A program made the translations under genes and the position numbers. Positions 30,226 through 39,565 of a stretch of DNA of 64,000 nt are shown here, one piece after another. The notes beneath the pieces are model-generated. The model worked only from the letters and a program-made list of their open reading frames with translations, was not told where the DNA came from and did no database searches. The stretch spans positions 1,794-65,793 of the forward strand of contig JAGVGM010000277.1 in assembly GCA_020057065.1 (NCBI GenBank), written 5' to 3'. Every line of letters begins with the position of its first letter. The first letter of the stretch is position 1. Source of the DNA: Thermodesulfovibrionia bacterium (GTDB lineage: Bacteria > Nitrospirota > Thermodesulfovibrionia > UBA6902).

Positions 30226-31347
30226 ATGAGCAAAATCAGGGTATTGCAGTTTGGCAGCAGTAATGAACTATTCGGGGCGGAACGATGGATATTAGCACTT
30301 GTCAGATATTGCAATCACAGCGAGGTTGAGAATACTATTTTCACGGTCAAAGATTCACCAACTGCGCGTATTGATCTGATAGACAGGGCCAAACAGATGG
30401 GCTTTAGTACGGATTTGGTGCATGCCAGAGGCCCTTTTGATCCGCGAGTTATCTTTCGTACTGCCGGGCTAATTAGAAAGCATAAGGCTGATATTATGCA
30501 CACCCACGGTTATAAATCGGATATTATCGGATATCTTGCCGCAAAGCTAACAGGCATCCCGGTTATCAGCACACCTCATGGTTCTGAATTGTCAAATAAT
30601 AGTAAAGCAAATTTATATCATAAACTTGACGATAAATTTCTAAAATGGGTAAATATGGTTGTACCTGTTTCCGAAGGATTGAAGGACGAATATCTCGTCA
30701 AAAAGCTAAAGCCGGAGAAAATTCAAGTAATAAAAAACAGCGTCGATATTTTAGAAGTGGAAGAGACTAAGCCTGACCGGAGTTTATTATCAATGAAGAA
30801 TGAAGGGAACATAAAGATCGTAGGTTATGTCGGGCAGTTGATCGAGAGAAAGGGCTTGCCGAATTTAATAAAGGCAATGGTAACCGTTGTTAAAACTCAC
30901 AGCGTCAAGTTGATCTTTGTCGGGGAAGGCCCTATGAGAGATAAACTGGTAAATATGGCTGCGGAGTACGGTCTTTCCGGCAGCGTTGAATTTCTTGGGT
31001 TCCGTCCGGATCGAATTGCGCTTATGAAGTGTTTTGATGTTTTTGTTCTTCCATCATATATTGAGGGTATTCCAAGAGTTATAATGGAAGCTATGGCCGC
31101 AAGAGTTCCCGTGATCGCTTCAGACATCCCCGGGATTCGTGAGATCGTGCATCACGACAAGACAGGCTGTTTGGTTTCCGTAGATTCACCTAACCTGCTG
31201 GCTAACTGCATTCTGCAAGTTATGAACGATACTCAAAAAGCCGAGCGTTTGAGCAATAGTGCCTTTGAGCATGTAAGACGTAATCATTCTGCTGAGAGAA
31301 TGGCACAGGAATATACAGAATTATATAGAAATATATTATGTTCTTAA
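30226..31347 (+). CDS. GT4 glycosyltransferase
   Basis: EGIPRVIMEAMAARVPVIASDIPGIREIVHHDKTGCLV. ATG 30226 is preferred over TTG 30214. Confidence 0.85.
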   Translation: MSKIRVLQFGSSNELFGAERWILALVRYCNHSEVENTIFTVKDSPTARIDLIDRAKQMGFSTDLVHARGPFDPRVIFRTAGLIRKHKADIMHTHGYKSDIIGYLAAKLTGIPVISTPHGSELSNNSKANLYHKLDDKFLKWVNMVVPVSEGLKDEYLVKKLKPEKIQVIKNSVDILEVEETKPDRSLLSMKNEGNIKIVGYVGQLIERKGLPNLIKAMVTVVKTHSVKLIFVGEGPMRDKLVNMAAEYGLSGSVEFLGFRPDRIALMKCFDVFVLPSYIEGIPRVIMEAMAARVPVIASDIPGIREIVHHDKTGCLVSVDSPNLLANCILQVMNDTQKAERLSNSAFEHVRRNHSAERMAQEYTELYRNILCS

Positions 31348-31377
31348 ATAAAAAGGTATAATTAAACAGGAGTAATT

Positions 31378-32673
31378 ATGTTGAATGTATTACTAATTAC
31401 AATTGATTCTTTAAGGCCGGATTTTCTTGGGTGTTACGGCAATGCGGAGAAATTGTCTCCCACTATAGACCTGCTGGCTGAAGAAGGGGTATTGTTTAAG
31501 TCGGTTATTTCCCAAGGACCGCGGACTCCTGAATCCTTCCCGGCACTGTTGTCAGGCCAATATACAAACAGGCACCTCGATCAATTTGAAAAACTTTCAG
31601 GAAAGAGAACAATGATATCAGAAATCTTGAAGGACAACGGTTATACCACGGCTGCGTTCCATTCGAGTCCATATGTTTCCAGGATAAAAGGTTTTGACAG
31701 GGGGTTTGATTATTTTAAAGATAATATTTTCATATTCAAGAAGACCATGAAAATGTATTGGATCAAAAAGGTGCTTACCCGTATTAAAACGATCTTTACA
31801 ATTCCCTATGTGCTTGGCAGTGTCATCAATAAACAGGTAGAGCGCTGGATTGCCGAAAACTCGAAGCCGCATTTTTTGTGGGTTCATTATATGGATGTGC
31901 ACGGACCTTATATTTCAAGAAAAGGATGGTATTTAAAAAACAGGCTCAAGGCTGGGATGCTCTGGCGAATATCCACTACTTATCCGAATCGTTTAAAGGA
32001 AGACCAAAAGCAATATCTAGTTCGATGCTATAAGGAAGAAATAACTCATGCTGATTCTTGCATTAAAGAACTGTTAGACCATGTAAACCTCGATAACACG
32101 ATTGTAATCTTAATGGCGGATCACGGCGAATTTATGGGAGAGCACGGTTTTTTTGGCCACCCCCCCTATTACTTGTATGATACGCTTTTAAAGATTCCGC
32201 TTATTATCAAATTTCCTGAAAGCATGAAGATAGGAAAGAAAAATATCGACAGGACGGTGCGGTCACTCGATGTTGTGCCTACGATTCTGGACATTTTAAA
32301 TATCAAACCCGAAGTGGGGATGGATGGCGAAAGCTTGCTGCCGCTTATGAAGGGAGATATGGATTCGTACGAATGTGACGTATTTGTCAGCGAAATATGG
32401 ACCAATCATCTCGCAATAAGAAAAGACAACTGGAAACTTATTTATTGGATGAAGGACGGCGTTAAGATTCTTAGGTTGTTTGATCTTTCCAAAGATCCCA
32501 AGGAATTGGTAAATTTGGCCGAAGAGAGACCGGATATTGTGAGAAAAATGGAGCAGCTTATTGCTAAGCATTTAAATAATATCAATGCGCCTTCAAAGGA
32601 TTTGGCGTCATTAAACTTTGAAACAGACAATGAAGAAGTTAAAGCAAAACTTAAAGCCTTAGGATATTTATAA
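31378..32673 (+). CDS. Sulfatase-like hydrolase/transferase (alkaline-phosphatase superfamily) lacking the formylglycine motif
   Basis: LLITIDSLRPD and MADHGEFMGEHGFFGH. The nucleophile region reads GPRTPESFPALLSG instead of C/S-x-P-x-R. Confidence 0.75.
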   Translation: MLNVLLITIDSLRPDFLGCYGNAEKLSPTIDLLAEEGVLFKSVISQGPRTPESFPALLSGQYTNRHLDQFEKLSGKRTMISEILKDNGYTTAAFHSSPYVSRIKGFDRGFDYFKDNIFIFKKTMKMYWIKKVLTRIKTIFTIPYVLGSVINKQVERWIAENSKPHFLWVHYMDVHGPYISRKGWYLKNRLKAGMLWRISTTYPNRLKEDQKQYLVRCYKEEITHADSCIKELLDHVNLDNTIVILMADHGEFMGEHGFFGHPPYYLYDTLLKIPLIIKFPESMKIGKKNIDRTVRSLDVVPTILDILNIKPEVGMDGESLLPLMKGDMDSYECDVFVSEIWTNHLAIRKDNWKLIYWMKDGVKILRLFDLSKDPKELVNLAEERPDIVRKMEQLIAKHLNNINAPSKDLASLNFETDNEEVKAKLKALGYL

Positions 32674-32691
32674 GTTCATATAAAAAACAAG

Positions 32692-33633
32692 ATGACAGAA
32701 AAAGATTTTCTTAAACCACTATCAGAAGTTAAACCCATTTTTGTAGTAGGATGCGGTCGCTCCGGCACTTCAATGCTTCTTAAAATTCTTAATCAGCACT
32801 CTTCAATAGCTATCCCCTCGGAATCTCATTTCCTGATTGATTATATGAAAAAACACGATAAGTATGAGACACTTGAGGATGATAGGGTTATCGAAAAGCT
32901 GTTCAGAGACATCTTAAATGAACCATTTGTAAAAGAGTTTAAAGCTAAATATAACATTCAGCAACTTGTTAAATCTGTAAAATCACGCACTTATGCCGGG
33001 GTGGTTAACGCCATTTATGACACCTACAGGCTCCAGCATAACAAAGCTAGATGGGGGGATAAAACACCACCTTATGTTCATTACATAAATGAAATTCTGA
33101 GGATATTCCCTGAATCCCAATTCATACATATTATAAGAGACGGCCGTGATTGTGCACTGTCTGTCATTGAACAACCCTGGGGGCCGAAAAATATTTTTAG
33201 ATCTGCTCTTATGTGGAAACGTGCTGTAACAGACGGTATGGAGCAGGGGAGAAAACTGCCTCCGTCGCAATACATCGAAATTAGGTATGAGAAAATACTC
33301 ACATCTCCAGCAGATGAGCTGGGGAGACTTTTTTTATTTCTTGATGAACCGTTAGGCAGTGACAAACTTAAGGCTATGGATTTTAAGAAGGGTAATTATT
33401 ATAAATGGAAACATAGAATGTCCGACAGAGATAAAAAAATATTTGAGAAAATAGCCGGGGATTTACTGGAAGAATTGGGCTATGAGAGAATTTATAATCC
33501 TGTAAATCCCTTGAATGCGTTCGAAAAGGCTTATTACAGTATTGATAATCGTGTTAGAACCGCTAAGAACATTATTTTTGACATACAAAGGGCTTGGAAA
33601 CTCAAATTTCATACGCCGAGAAACGTAGAATAA
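32692..33633 (+). CDS. Sulfotransferase-family protein
   Basis: 5'-PSB VVGCGRSGTSM and 3'-PB IIRDGRDCALS. Confidence 0.8.
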   Translation: MTEKDFLKPLSEVKPIFVVGCGRSGTSMLLKILNQHSSIAIPSESHFLIDYMKKHDKYETLEDDRVIEKLFRDILNEPFVKEFKAKYNIQQLVKSVKSRTYAGVVNAIYDTYRLQHNKARWGDKTPPYVHYINEILRIFPESQFIHIIRDGRDCALSVIEQPWGPKNIFRSALMWKRAVTDGMEQGRKLPPSQYIEIRYEKILTSPADELGRLFLFLDEPLGSDKLKAMDFKKGNYYKWKHRMSDRDKKIFEKIAGDLLEELGYERIYNPVNPLNAFEKAYYSIDNRVRTAKNIIFDIQRAWKLKFHTPRNVE

Positions 33634-33657
33634 TCTGACGACTGATGAGGTATTGAA

Positions 33658-35340
33658 ATGAAAAACAAAAAAGTTTTTATCATTGGTCTTGACGGACTGT
33701 CGTTCGAAATTCTTGATCAGGTAAGGCATAAATTTAACCTGATCAATATAAACCATATACTGGAGAGTGGGGCGTCAGGACATATGAAGTCGGTATTGCC
33801 GTATTCATCCGCGCCTAATTGGGCTTCTTTAAGCACCGGGGTCAATCCGGGGAAGCATGGATTTTACAGTTTTTACTTCCCCAGGGAAAATGCTTATGAG
33901 CATCAATTCCCTAATTCTACTCACATAAAATACAAGCGTGTCTGGGACCTGGTTGGAGAGTCGGGAAGAAAAGCGCTGGTAATTAATGTTCCCGGCACAT
34001 ATCCGCCCGATAAAATTAACGGTCATATGATTACGTGCATGCTGACGCCCGGGATAAACAGTGATTTCGGCTATCCTAATAACTTAGCCGATGAGATCAG
34101 AGAAAAGTTCCCTGACTATTCATTTGACATAAACTGGAAAGAATTTAAGGATGACAGAAAAGATCAGTTGGTGGATGCGCTCATCGGTTCGGCAAAAACA
34201 AGGAGGGATCTAATCAGGTATATGCTGGAAAAATACCCGGCGGATTTTAACATGATTGTCTTCACCGAGACAGACAGGCTTTTCCATTCAGCATTAAATT
34301 TGATCGATAAGAGACATCCGCTTTTTGATAAGGATGCTTCAGAAAAGAATATGGAAGGTATAGAAGAAATATTCAGGACTATAGATTCATTCATAGGGGA
34401 AGTTCTTACAAAGTACGCTGATAACTGTACTATTATCCTTATCTCAGATCACGGTTTTTCGCCGGCTTATAAAAAGGTCTACTTAAACAACTGGCTCTCG
34501 GAGCGCGGCCTTTTATCGATAAGGACAGAGGAAGCAGATAAGACGAAATTTTTTTTAAAGGCGGCTGTAAAAACTGTTTTTGGATTGTTTGGCATTACAG
34601 GTGAGAGAAGGATAAAGCTGCAGGACAAGTTGCTGCTCTTTCTGAGAGAGAGGAAAGGAATACCGATACTGGATAGTATCTCCAGGCCTCTTGCTAATAT
34701 AGCAGATTCTATGTCAAGGACCAACTGGGTGAAAACGAAAGCCTATTATTTGCAAGAGTGGGGGATCAGGATAAACTTGAAAGGCAGGGAGCCGCAGGGT
34801 ATTGTTGAGGAGAATGAGTATGAGCACCTTAGAGAAGAGATCATTCAGTCGATCATGAAGCTTGAAGACCCCGACAGTGGGAAGAGAATCATCAAGGAGG
34901 CTTTAAGGAGAGAAGATGTTTGTTCCGGCGAAGAATTTGCAAATGCGCCTGATATATTTTTGATCACTGAAGACTCACCCGGGTATGAGTTGACCTCCGC
35001 ACTGTCCTCAAAAAATATTTTTGACAAAATAGAAGGGAAGACAGGCGAGCACTCCTTGTACGGAATGTTTGCAATGAAAGGTGATAATGTTCAAAAAGGG
35101 TCGGTGGATAATATCTCAACGATCGACATCGTCCCCACTGTTTTATACGCATTTGGATTGCCGATACCTGATTATATCGACGGCAAGGTCATAACACAGA
35201 CCTTTACTGAAGAATTCCGGAAAAAGAATCAGGTGACCTATGGCGCTGATACTTCAAAAAAGGATGTTACTGAAGAAGAATTCAGCTCAGAGGATGAAGA
35301 AGCAATAAAAGACCGGCTAAAAGGGTTGGGATATTATTAG
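33658..35340 (+). CDS. Alkaline-phosphatase-superfamily protein (type I phosphodiesterase/nucleotide pyrophosphatase-like)
   Basis: VFIIGLDGLSFEILD, SSAPNWASLSTGVNPGKHG and ISDHGF. It is a paralog of 53237-54568. Confidence 0.75.
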   Translation: MKNKKVFIIGLDGLSFEILDQVRHKFNLININHILESGASGHMKSVLPYSSAPNWASLSTGVNPGKHGFYSFYFPRENAYEHQFPNSTHIKYKRVWDLVGESGRKALVINVPGTYPPDKINGHMITCMLTPGINSDFGYPNNLADEIREKFPDYSFDINWKEFKDDRKDQLVDALIGSAKTRRDLIRYMLEKYPADFNMIVFTETDRLFHSALNLIDKRHPLFDKDASEKNMEGIEEIFRTIDSFIGEVLTKYADNCTIILISDHGFSPAYKKVYLNNWLSERGLLSIRTEEADKTKFFLKAAVKTVFGLFGITGERRIKLQDKLLLFLRERKGIPILDSISRPLANIADSMSRTNWVKTKAYYLQEWGIRINLKGREPQGIVEENEYEHLREEIIQSIMKLEDPDSGKRIIKEALRREDVCSGEEFANAPDIFLITEDSPGYELTSALSSKNIFDKIEGKTGEHSLYGMFAMKGDNVQKGSVDNISTIDIVPTVLYAFGLPIPDYIDGKVITQTFTEEFRKKNQVTYGADTSKKDVTEEEFSSEDEEAIKDRLKGLGYY

Positions 35341-35369
35341 GAAAAAATTATTCAGATAACCGAGAGGGT

Positions 35370-35452
35370 AAATCCCTCCCTTTAAAAAAGGGGAGGTGAG
35401 GGGGGGATTTGAATCTATGATTAGACAAAATCTCCCCTTGCCACTCAAAAGC
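35370..35452. repeat. Family-1 palindrome pair without cargo (MITE-like)
   Basis: AAATCCCTCCCTTTAAAAAAGGGGAGGTGAGGGGGGGATTTGAA, then a 13-bp spacer, then a degenerate AAAATCTCCCCTTGCCACTCAAAAGC. Confidence 0.7.
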
Positions 35453-35685
35453 AAAAAAACTTTCGGAAATGACGGCAAATCTAGAAGGTTTAGTTGATTG
35501 AACGGATCTGTTATATTTTAGGAAAAGCTCAACAAAAATATAGGGTCTTCTTCAGTAGTTTCTTATAGCGGCAGGGATAAAACATAGTAAAGCCGAGTTG
35601 CAGACAACCTGGCTGTGCTACGAACGATGGGAATATGACAAATTGAAAAGGCAGAAGACTTTCAATTTGTTTACTGTTATGATAA

Positions 35686-36070
35686 CTTTTTGTAAATACT
35701 GCTTTTGCATTAGAATGCCAGATTATAGATCTTGCTCCACTCGGGAGTAACAATAGTTGGGTTAATGGAATTAAAAACCGTGGTCAGGTTGTTAGAGTGT
35801 ATGAAACCAGTACCAGCAATTGGAAATCTCAACATGCCTTTTTATTGAGTAATGGAGTGATGACGGACCTTATTAAACTTGAAGGTAATAATGATTGGAA
35901 TGATAATTGTAATGGATAGATCGTAGGGAGATCTATGAACGCAAACGGTGATGTACATGTAGTCATATGTTAGCCAACTGTTGTGCCAGAACCGATAAAC
36001 TCTATATTTTTTGCTATTGGCGGAACACTCTTGGCAGACAGAAGGTTACTGAAGTGCAGAAGTAAAAAAA
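35686..36070 (+). pseudogene. Decayed HAF-repeat / PEP-CTERM protein gene remnant
   Basis: Frame 1 reads ...IIDLAPLGSNNSWVNGIKNRGQVVRVYETSTSNWKSQHAFLLSNGVMTDLIKLEGNNDWNDNCNG*IVGRSMNANGDVHVVIC*PTVVPEPINSIFFAIGGTLLADRRLLK. There are two in-frame TAG stops and no N-terminal part. Confidence 0.6.
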
Positions 36071-36155
36071 GCATAATCGGTTACGTGAAAATATTAATAA
36101 TGCCTCTCTATTTTCTTATCAGATAAAAATTGTTTAGAGACAACGTACAAATTAT

Positions 36156-37106
36156 ATGAAAGAAACTCTGGGGGGTAAAGTAGTCGTTTCTTTCGTAATA
36201 CCTGCTTTTAACGAGGAAGGTTTTATCAGAGAGGCCATCCAGTCAATTAAGTTGTATTCCCCGAATTATAAGTACCAGATTGTTGTTGTAGACAATGGTT
36301 CAACTGACAAAACATCTGATAAGGCTGAGGCAGAGAACGTTATCCTTATTAAACAAGCAAGAACTACCATCGCATCAGCAAGAAACAGGGGAGCCCGGAT
36401 GTTTGAAGGAGAAGTACTCGTTTTTTTAGATGCTGATGTAGCTGTGACGTCCACGTGGCAAAAGGAAATAGATAAAACCGTAGAACAGATTTTAAAAGAA
36501 CCGCTTATTGTTACCGGTTCCAGATGTGGTGTTAAAAATGAAAAGAACTGGATTGCGCGTTTCTGGTTTCTCAGGATGGTGAATAATAAATTTAACTACA
36601 TAAATTCCGGTCATTTGATCACCTCTCGAAAGCTGTTTGATCATGTCGGAGGATTTAGTGAGGAGCTTCATACTGCGGAGGATTATGACTTTTGCGTAAA
36701 AGCGAAACAGGCTGGAGCTGAAATTATCAATAACCAAAAACTTTATGTTATACACTACGGGTATCCTGAAACAATAAAAGATTTCATTGTTCGGGAAAGA
36801 TGGCATGGTTCGGAGGATTTTAAAAATTTACATAATATAATGAAATCTAAAACAGCTTTGATCGCAATTATAAATATTATCTTGATGATCAGTTTTATTG
36901 TTATAGCGGTTTCAAAGGGCAGTATCTTTTATTTTTTGCCTTATTTGGGGGCAATATATATTTTGTCCGGGTCGTCAACTCTTATTAAATTTGGGTTTGG
37001 GAACCTTATTATATTTTCGATTACTTCTCTAATCTATACTTTCTACTACCTTGGTAGATCATTAGCTTTTATTGATAGGATTACGAAACCATTAGCACTG
37101 AAATAG
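36156..37106 (+). CDS. GT2 glycosyltransferase with C-terminal TM segments
   Basis: VSFVIPAFNEEGFI, VVDNGSTDKT and FLDADV. Confidence 0.85.
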   Translation: MKETLGGKVVVSFVIPAFNEEGFIREAIQSIKLYSPNYKYQIVVVDNGSTDKTSDKAEAENVILIKQARTTIASARNRGARMFEGEVLVFLDADVAVTSTWQKEIDKTVEQILKEPLIVTGSRCGVKNEKNWIARFWFLRMVNNKFNYINSGHLITSRKLFDHVGGFSEELHTAEDYDFCVKAKQAGAEIINNQKLYVIHYGYPETIKDFIVRERWHGSEDFKNLHNIMKSKTALIAIINIILMISFIVIAVSKGSIFYFLPYLGAIYILSGSSTLIKFGFGNLIIFSITSLIYTFYYLGRSLAFIDRITKPLALK

Positions 37107-37288
37107 TCGATAAAAAATACTACGTAGGAGAGATAATACCCCTTTGTAATATAAATCACATTCTTTCAGAGAAAATTGTTATATTCTATAAATGAAGGAG
37201 TAAAACAATAGGAAGTAGAAGGATAGCATTATTGAGATATTGAAGCTAATCTGATAAAACCGCGCTGTTATTTGAAGGAGGCACGAAA

Positions 37289-38335
37289 ATGATAGTAAGA
37301 CTTATAAACAATCTGAACAGACTAAATAAAAACTGGATGACAAATTCTTTCATCATGGGCATTATCAGTCTCTTTGTTTTATCTGCCAATCCACTCACTG
37401 CTGGGGTAATTTTTGAGGATGATTTCAATGCTTGGAGTGATTATACTTTCACACAAACAGTCACCTCTGAAAGTTGTTCAAGTCCATGTAGTAGTATCCC
37501 CGCAAAATGGTGGGGTGTCCGTAGTCAAGGCACGGTTTTAGATCCAAATACAAAAAATACAATATATATTGAGTCAACTAATGCAAGAAGTGGTAAGTGT
37601 TTTACACATTGGCAGGAAGCTAATATAAATTCAGGAGGTTGGCAATCAGGCGGGACATTAAGTACAGTATTTAATTATCAATCGGAAGTTTATGCAAGGG
37701 CATATTACAAGTTTCAGCCTGACTGGCGTTGGTGGCAGAATGGGGGCAATTCTCCTATGTTAAAGATGTTGAGAATTGTAAACTATGAATCTGATGATGC
37801 AGCTCCTTGGTCTGATGCTACAGGAAGCTTTGAAACTCTGACAAGGCCAAGAATAATTTTGCAATTAGTTAGGTGGAATAAGGGACTAAGTCCGGTTGGC
37901 TTCAATTTTTCTATCAAGTATTCAGATGACACTAACGGTTCTGGCGATTGGACAGAGAACATACAGAACCCAAAGGGAGGAGGCGACTGTATATGGTCTG
38001 AACCCGGTTGCCCGGGCGATGGTAATTGGCACAGTTGGGAGCTTTATGTCAAACTGAATAATCCGGCAGGTGTGGCGAATGGTGAGTTGAAATTTTGGTA
38101 TGATGGTATTCTTGTTTCAACAAAGAAGAATCTTAACTGGATAACCTCTGGTAGTATTACGGATACCACAAGTATGTGGAATTCTGTATCAATAGGTGGC
38201 AATGATTTTAATCCATATTCTGACAATGCGGAGCAGTGGTATGCAATAGATGATCTCGTTATCAGTACTACCTACATCGGCCCTGACGGTTTTTCGGATA
38301 AAATACCACCGGATAAACCATTCTTAAAGCCATAA
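37289..38335 (+). CDS. Secreted beta-jelly-roll (concanavalin A-like) protein, possible polysaccharide lyase/glycanase
   Basis: AAGGAGG sits 6 nt upstream of the ATG. There is a hydrophobic signal segment. GNWHSWELYVKLN..ANGELKFWYDGILV and WYAIDDLVIS are typical of lectin/lyase jelly rolls. The function is inferred. Confidence 0.55.
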   Translation: MIVRLINNLNRLNKNWMTNSFIMGIISLFVLSANPLTAGVIFEDDFNAWSDYTFTQTVTSESCSSPCSSIPAKWWGVRSQGTVLDPNTKNTIYIESTNARSGKCFTHWQEANINSGGWQSGGTLSTVFNYQSEVYARAYYKFQPDWRWWQNGGNSPMLKMLRIVNYESDDAAPWSDATGSFETLTRPRIILQLVRWNKGLSPVGFNFSIKYSDDTNGSGDWTENIQNPKGGGDCIWSEPGCPGDGNWHSWELYVKLNNPAGVANGELKFWYDGILVSTKKNLNWITSGSITDTTSMWNSVSIGGNDFNPYSDNAEQWYAIDDLVISTTYIGPDGFSDKIPPDKPFLKP

Positions 38336-38365
38336 CTATAACAAAATTTGGAAGGACTGGCTTAA

Positions 38366-38404
38366 TTAGCAGGTTGCCAAGAAGATTTTCTGGCAACCTG
38401 CTAA
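38366..38404 (+). terminator. Perfect 14-bp stem hairpin after the jelly-roll gene
   Basis: TTAGCAGGTTGCCA-gaagattttc-TGGCAACCTGCTAA. The downstream T-tract is imperfect. Confidence 0.5.
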
Positions 38405-38468
38405 GTTGTTGTTAAATATATCCCACTTTTAAATAGTCCAGTATATTTGGATATTTTCTATAAACAAG

Positions 38469-38849
38469 TTGCCTCTGATAATACAACTCATTTTTCTCTT
38501 CATCTTCTTCCCAATAGTTGTTCCTGGTACATACGCTGAAACCGCAAAATTCCCTGTAACCCGCGACGTATGGCTCTCAGCATATCCCGGTGAAGAGAAC
38601 TTCAATATGGGCGCTTCGCCGAAGCTGAAGCTCAAGGGGATTCAGGAGATGGCGATACTGGATTTTGATCTGTCCCAACTAAAAGGTAAAAAGATCGAGA
38701 GCGCGAGATTATATATGTGTAACGCAAGCAAAAACAATAAACTGAGAAGGATCGGGATATCCACTGTTAGAGTAGCTAACTTTATAGAAGATCATATCTT
38801 ACCAATCAAAAATAATTACGCAAATAAAATAATCCCTGTTATACTATAA
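38469..38849 (+). pseudogene. 5' fragment (about 100 codons) of a paralog of the 927-aa secreted protein gene
   Basis: nt 38529-38768 align with 39623-39862 (80 codons, 6 aa differences). Homology ends abruptly after ...RRIGISTV, and the frame stops 27 codons later. Confidence 0.65.
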
Positions 38850-39342
<493 letters not shown>

Positions 39343-39402
39343 GTGAAACTCCCTTTGCCTTGAGGTGAGTTGTTTCACTGTCTTAAAAACATAAATGAAG
39401 CG

Positions 39403-39488
39403 TAACCCCTCAGTTATGGGGGGATTGGACTGTCCCCCTCTTTGAAAAAGAGGGGGGTAATAACCACCCGTAACTGAAGGGTTATAAT
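39403..39488. repeat. Composite nested palindrome (family-1 core flanked by GTAACCC..GGGTTA(T/C) arms)
   Basis: GCGTAACCCCTCAGTTATGGGGGGATTGGACTGTCCCCCTCTTTGAAAAAGAGGGGGGTAATAACCACCCGTAACTGAAGGGTTATAATGC. Confidence 0.8.
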
Positions 39489-39565
39489 GCAGTTTCATTT
39501 TTTAGAGTTTTTTACACCTTCCTAAATAAAGCAATTCAAGTTTATTCTCCCTGTAATTATTTTAT

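Noticed and set aside
35529-35753. 74-aa minus-strand ORF
   Set aside because: It sits in the decayed region opposite the HAF/PEP-CTERM remnant. It has no RBS or motifs, and the plus-strand frame shows recognisable homology-like repeats.
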